Part shown: positions 39,448 to 42,128 of the stretch, in pieces
Numbering within the stretch: position 1 is the first letter of the stretch
How the letters are laid out: each line of letters opens with the position of its first letter
Source: an uncultured Gemmatimonadales bacterium
Lineage (GTDB): Bacteria > Gemmatimonadota > Gemmatimonadetes > Gemmatimonadales > Gemmatimonadaceae
Assembly: GCA_963850905.1 (NCBI GenBank)
Contig: CAWKMU010000005.1
Location: 1 to 42,128 of the forward strand
Direction of reading: 5' to 3'
DNA: 42,128 nt
Notes under the pieces: model-generated
Seen by the model: only the letters and a program-made list of their open reading frames with translations
What the model was told of the DNA's origin: nothing
The model's database searches: none
Position numbers and translations under genes: made by a program

Positions 39448-39488
39448 CGTCGGGCTGCGCCTGACAACTGAACGTGTTTTCTCCGACA
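39448..39488. promoter_or_regulatory. Operator plus half-site upstream of the ba3-type oxidase operon
   Basis: CGTCGG-gctgcgc-CTGACA (39448-39466). CCGACA at 39483-39488, offset 22 bp. Confidence 0.75.
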
Positions 39489-39551
39489 GCCGGTGCGAGA
39501 CGCCGCGGCCATGATCCCGGCATCGTTGAGTGACCCGAACCAGAGGATCTC

Positions 39552-39692
39552 ATGTCCGACATGCCTCCCGGTCTTCCGAAGCATCCCATCGGCACGTTCG
39601 CCTTTGTGGGGACCTACGCCGTGGTGTTCATCATCTTGTGGTTCGCGATCTATTTCTTCATCTACCGCGCGAGGGGGGTCGTCACGCCATGA
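39552..39692 (+). CDS. cbaD: Cytochrome ba3 oxidase subunit IIa (46 aa; absent from the ORF track)
   Basis: MSDMPPGLPKHPIGTFAFVGTYAVVFIILWFAIYFFIYRARGVVTP matches the P.G...W...Y...ARG pattern of subunit IIa. SD AGAGGA; ATGA overlap with subunit II. Confidence 0.85.
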   Translation: MSDMPPGLPKHPIGTFAFVGTYAVVFIILWFAIYFFIYRARGVVTP

Positions 39693-40234
39693 AGGTCGAC
39701 CTGTACGAGCGCATATGGATGGCTGGGGTATCCATTATGCTCGCCATCATGTTCATCACGATGGCGATCGCCGCTATTGGCCACTCGGAGACTCCGCCGA
39801 GTCACGTTGAGACGATCAATCCCAGCGCTGTCTTGCATGACGCGCGGTTCCGGCAGGCAGGCGTATCGACCGACGCCGGCGGCCACGTGCACGTCGCGGT
39901 GGTCGGTACGACCTTCACGTGGCTACCGGCCATGATGACTCTGCCAGCGGCGACACCGGTGACGTTCCACGTCACATCCCTCGACGTGATCCATGGATTC
40001 GAGATCGTCCGGACGAATGGCCAAACAATGGTCATCCCGGGGTACGTGAGTCAGTTCACGACCCAGTTTGACGCCGGCGATTACATGATCGTGTGCAATG
40101 AGTACTGTGGTGTCGGCCACCATCTGATGTTCACCAAGATGACCGTGGTACCTGCTGCCCAGTGGCGGGTGCCGGCCGCGAGATACCCCGGGGCCGCGAT
40201 GGTTGCCGCAGGAGGCACCCATGAGCAGCACTAG
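39689..40234 (+). CDS. cbaB: ba3-type cytochrome c oxidase subunit II
   Basis: Single TM helix after DLYERIW. CuA ligands DVIHGF...CNEYCGVGHHLM. Confidence 0.92.
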   Translation: MKVDLYERIWMAGVSIMLAIMFITMAIAAIGHSETPPSHVETINPSAVLHDARFRQAGVSTDAGGHVHVAVVGTTFTWLPAMMTLPAATPVTFHVTSLDVIHGFEIVRTNGQTMVIPGYVSQFTTQFDAGDYMIVCNEYCGVGHHLMFTKMTVVPAAQWRVPAARYPGAAMVAAGGTHEQH

Positions 40235-41912
40235 TGCATCGCAAGCCGCGACCTACTCGCCCAGAGCAGCGAGCCGAAGTGGGCCGTTCGCCGATCATGA
40301 TCTGATTCTGACGAATCTGTGGGTCGCGATCATTGCGTTTGGCTTGGCAGCCTGCATGGCCGTTATGCAAGCGCTGAGTCGGGCGAGCTTGGAGGTCCCA
40401 TACCGGTCGCCGCGCATGTACTACATGTCCGTGACCGCGCACGGCATCCTCATGGCGCTCGTTTTCACGACCTTCTTCATCATGGCGCTGGGCGACGTGG
40501 TGGTCGATACGGAAATCGGTGAATTGCCGTCGCGCGCGTTGGCGCAGGTCTCCTACGCGGTGGCCATCATCGGCACGGTGCTCACGATCGCGACGGTGTT
40601 CACCTTCAATGGGAGCGTGCTCTTCACGTTCTACCCACCGATGCAGGCGAAGCCCGCGTTCTATATTGGACTCACCCTGCTAGTGGTCGGATCGTGGGGT
40701 TGGTGCGTGAACGTCATTCTGGCGTGGGCGAAGGCCCGTAAGGCACGCGCCGATCGACCTGTCAGCCTCGCGATGCACGCGATGGCTGTGACGGCGATGC
40801 TCTGGCTGCTCGCCACTATCGGCGTCGCCTGCGAGATGCTCTTTCAGCTGATTCCGTGGTCGCTTGGCCTCGAAGCACGCATCGATCCGTTGCTGGCGCG
40901 CACCTTGTTCTGGTTCTTCGGCCACCCGCTGGTCTACTTCTGGGTGCTGCCAGCGTACATGATCTGGTACACGGTGCTGCCGCGTGAAGCCGGTGGCAAG
41001 CTGTTCTCCGAGCCGCTGGGTCGAATGGTCTTCACGCTGTTTCTCGATCATCTCGATACCGGTGGGTTTGCATCACCAATTCCAGGACCCCGGCATCGCC
41101 TCGGGATGGAAGTTGTTCCATACCTTCAACACGATGCTGATCTCGTTCCCCAGCCTTGTGACGGCATTTACCATCTGCGCATCGCTCGAAGTCGCAGGAC
41201 GACTGCGTGGCGGCACCGGCCTTTTCGGTTGGATCCGGGCGCTGCCGTGGGGGAACCCCACGGTTGCAGGCGATCCTCTGTGCGATGCTGCTGTTTCTCG
41301 TCGGAGGGTTCGGCGGCGCGGTGAACGCGTCGTTCGATCTCAACTCCGTCGTGCACAACACCGCGTGGATCCAGGGACATTTTCACCTCACCGTGGGCAG
41401 CGCCGTCGCGCTGACCTTCATGGCGACGGCCTACTGGCTGGTGCCCAAGGTGAGTGGACGCAGCCTCGAGCTCGGCCTCCTTGCCAAAGTGCAGCCGTAC
41501 TTGTGGTTCCTCGGGATGTTGCTCTTCTGCGATCTCGAACCACATCACCGGCCTGATGGGGATGCCGCGTCGCATCTTCGAGGGCGCATACGCTGGCCAA
41601 CCGCAAGCGCAAATGTGGCAGGCCCTCACCTGGGTGTCCGCCATGGGCGGCGTGATTCTCTTCGTCAGCGCGATGTTCTTCGTGCTCGTGATGCTGGGAA
41701 CGCTCTTGGCGGGTCAACGCAAGGATCGTGAGGCGATCATCTGGGCGGAGCCGCTCGCGGCGCCAGCCGACGGATTTCACGTTGGCATTTGGGACAATCT
41801 CGGTCGGTGGGTGCCCGTAGCAGTTGCGCTACTCGTCATTGCGTATGCGGGACCCCTGTGGGATCTCTTCCACTTGGTCAGGTACGGAAGCCCAGGATTC
41901 CGGACGTTCTGA
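40221..41912 (+). CDS. cbaA: ba3-type (B-family) heme-copper oxidase subunit I (three +1 frameshifts at about 41047, 41269 and 41528 as sequenced)
   Basis: TAHG, FTFYPPM, LFWFFGHPLVY, GLHHQF, GHFH and GMPRR motifs spread over four consecutive ORF segments. Confidence 0.9.
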
Positions 41913-41953
41913 GAAGCCGGACACAACGGGGTTCGGGACTCGGGAACGTTAAC

Positions 41954-42002
41954 AAACCTCGAAGGCCAGCTGGAAGCACCGTGGCTGGCCTTCGAGGTTT
42001 TT
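41954..42002. terminator. Perfect 17-bp stem-loop between convergent genes (likely bidirectional terminator)
   Basis: AAACCTCGAAGGCCAGC-13 nt-GCTGGCCTTCGAGGTTT followed by TT. Confidence 0.8.
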
Positions 42003-42003
42003 C

Positions 42004-42031
42004 TCGAACGTCCAACGTCTAACGTCCAGCC
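42004..42031 (+). repeat. Heptamer tandem repeat x4
   Basis: tcgaacg tccaacg tctaacg tccagcc. Confidence 0.75.
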
Positions 42032-42033
42032 CC

Positions 42034-42128
42034 TCACACCTCCGTCAGCAGATTCAATCTGACAGCCAGCTTGACGTAGTCGGCCCAATGATTGAGCCCG
42101 AGCTTCTCGTTGATCCGCTGCTTGTAGG
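42034..42128 (-). CDS. 3' end of a NarL/LuxR-family HTH regulator, probably a response regulator (partial; absent from the ORF track)
   Basis: Minus strand reads ..YKQRINEKLGLNHWADYVKLAVRLNLLTEV*, matching the LuxR-type HTH C-terminus ([TH]..R[IL]..KLG......V..A....L). Confidence 0.8.
   Translation of the reverse strand, partial: YKQRINEKLGLNHWADYVKLAVRLNLLTEV

Noticed and set aside
39227..39595. Antisense ORF with a Gly-rich GAGVGSGVGAALG segment
   Set aside because: It overlaps both flanking genes and the oxidase operator, with no independent coding evidence.
19..42031. CRISPR array
   Set aside because: The repeats are 7-mers without spacers or isolated palindromes, and there are no cas genes.
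42043..42064. CGTCAG-N10-CTGACA inside the regulator gene
   Set aside because: The spacer is 10 rather than 7 and the site is in coding sequence, so it was not counted as an operator.
1..42128. Prophage, integrase, transposase or tRNA attachment site
   Set aside because: None recognised, so mobility of the island is not supported from this window.

Overview
This is GC-rich bacterial DNA, tentatively Gemmatimonadota-like (an impression from protein style, not tested). Almost the whole window is one low-oxygen/dormancy-type gene island of about 33 genes. It encodes a BON protein, two universal stress proteins, Hsp20, a PPOX-family protein, a nitroreductase, a PRTase and a dienelactone hydrolase, ChaB, MgtA, a K+ channel with a separate RCK protein, a metal ABC pair, a FixL-like PAS/GAF kinase, IorAB, YhiI-RbbA-YhhJ, divergent ppsA/pfkA, an L,D-transpeptidase, FtsH, an eRF1-like protein and a ba3-type (B-family) oxidase. 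The 3' end of a NarL/LuxR-family regulator lies at the right edge. The main unannotated signal is a palindromic operator, (T/C/A)GTCRG-N7-CYGAC(A/G/T). I found 7 exact and several near-exact copies, all in promoter regions and usually in tandem at 22-23 bp spacing, which suggests a single regulon. The window also holds two features missing from the ORF track (a 46-aa oxidase subunit IIa and the regulator's 3' end), a TCCARCG heptamer repeat family and GTAG-type REP palindromes, both of which also occur inside coding sequences. Eight single-base frameshifts most likely reflect sequencing or assembly error.
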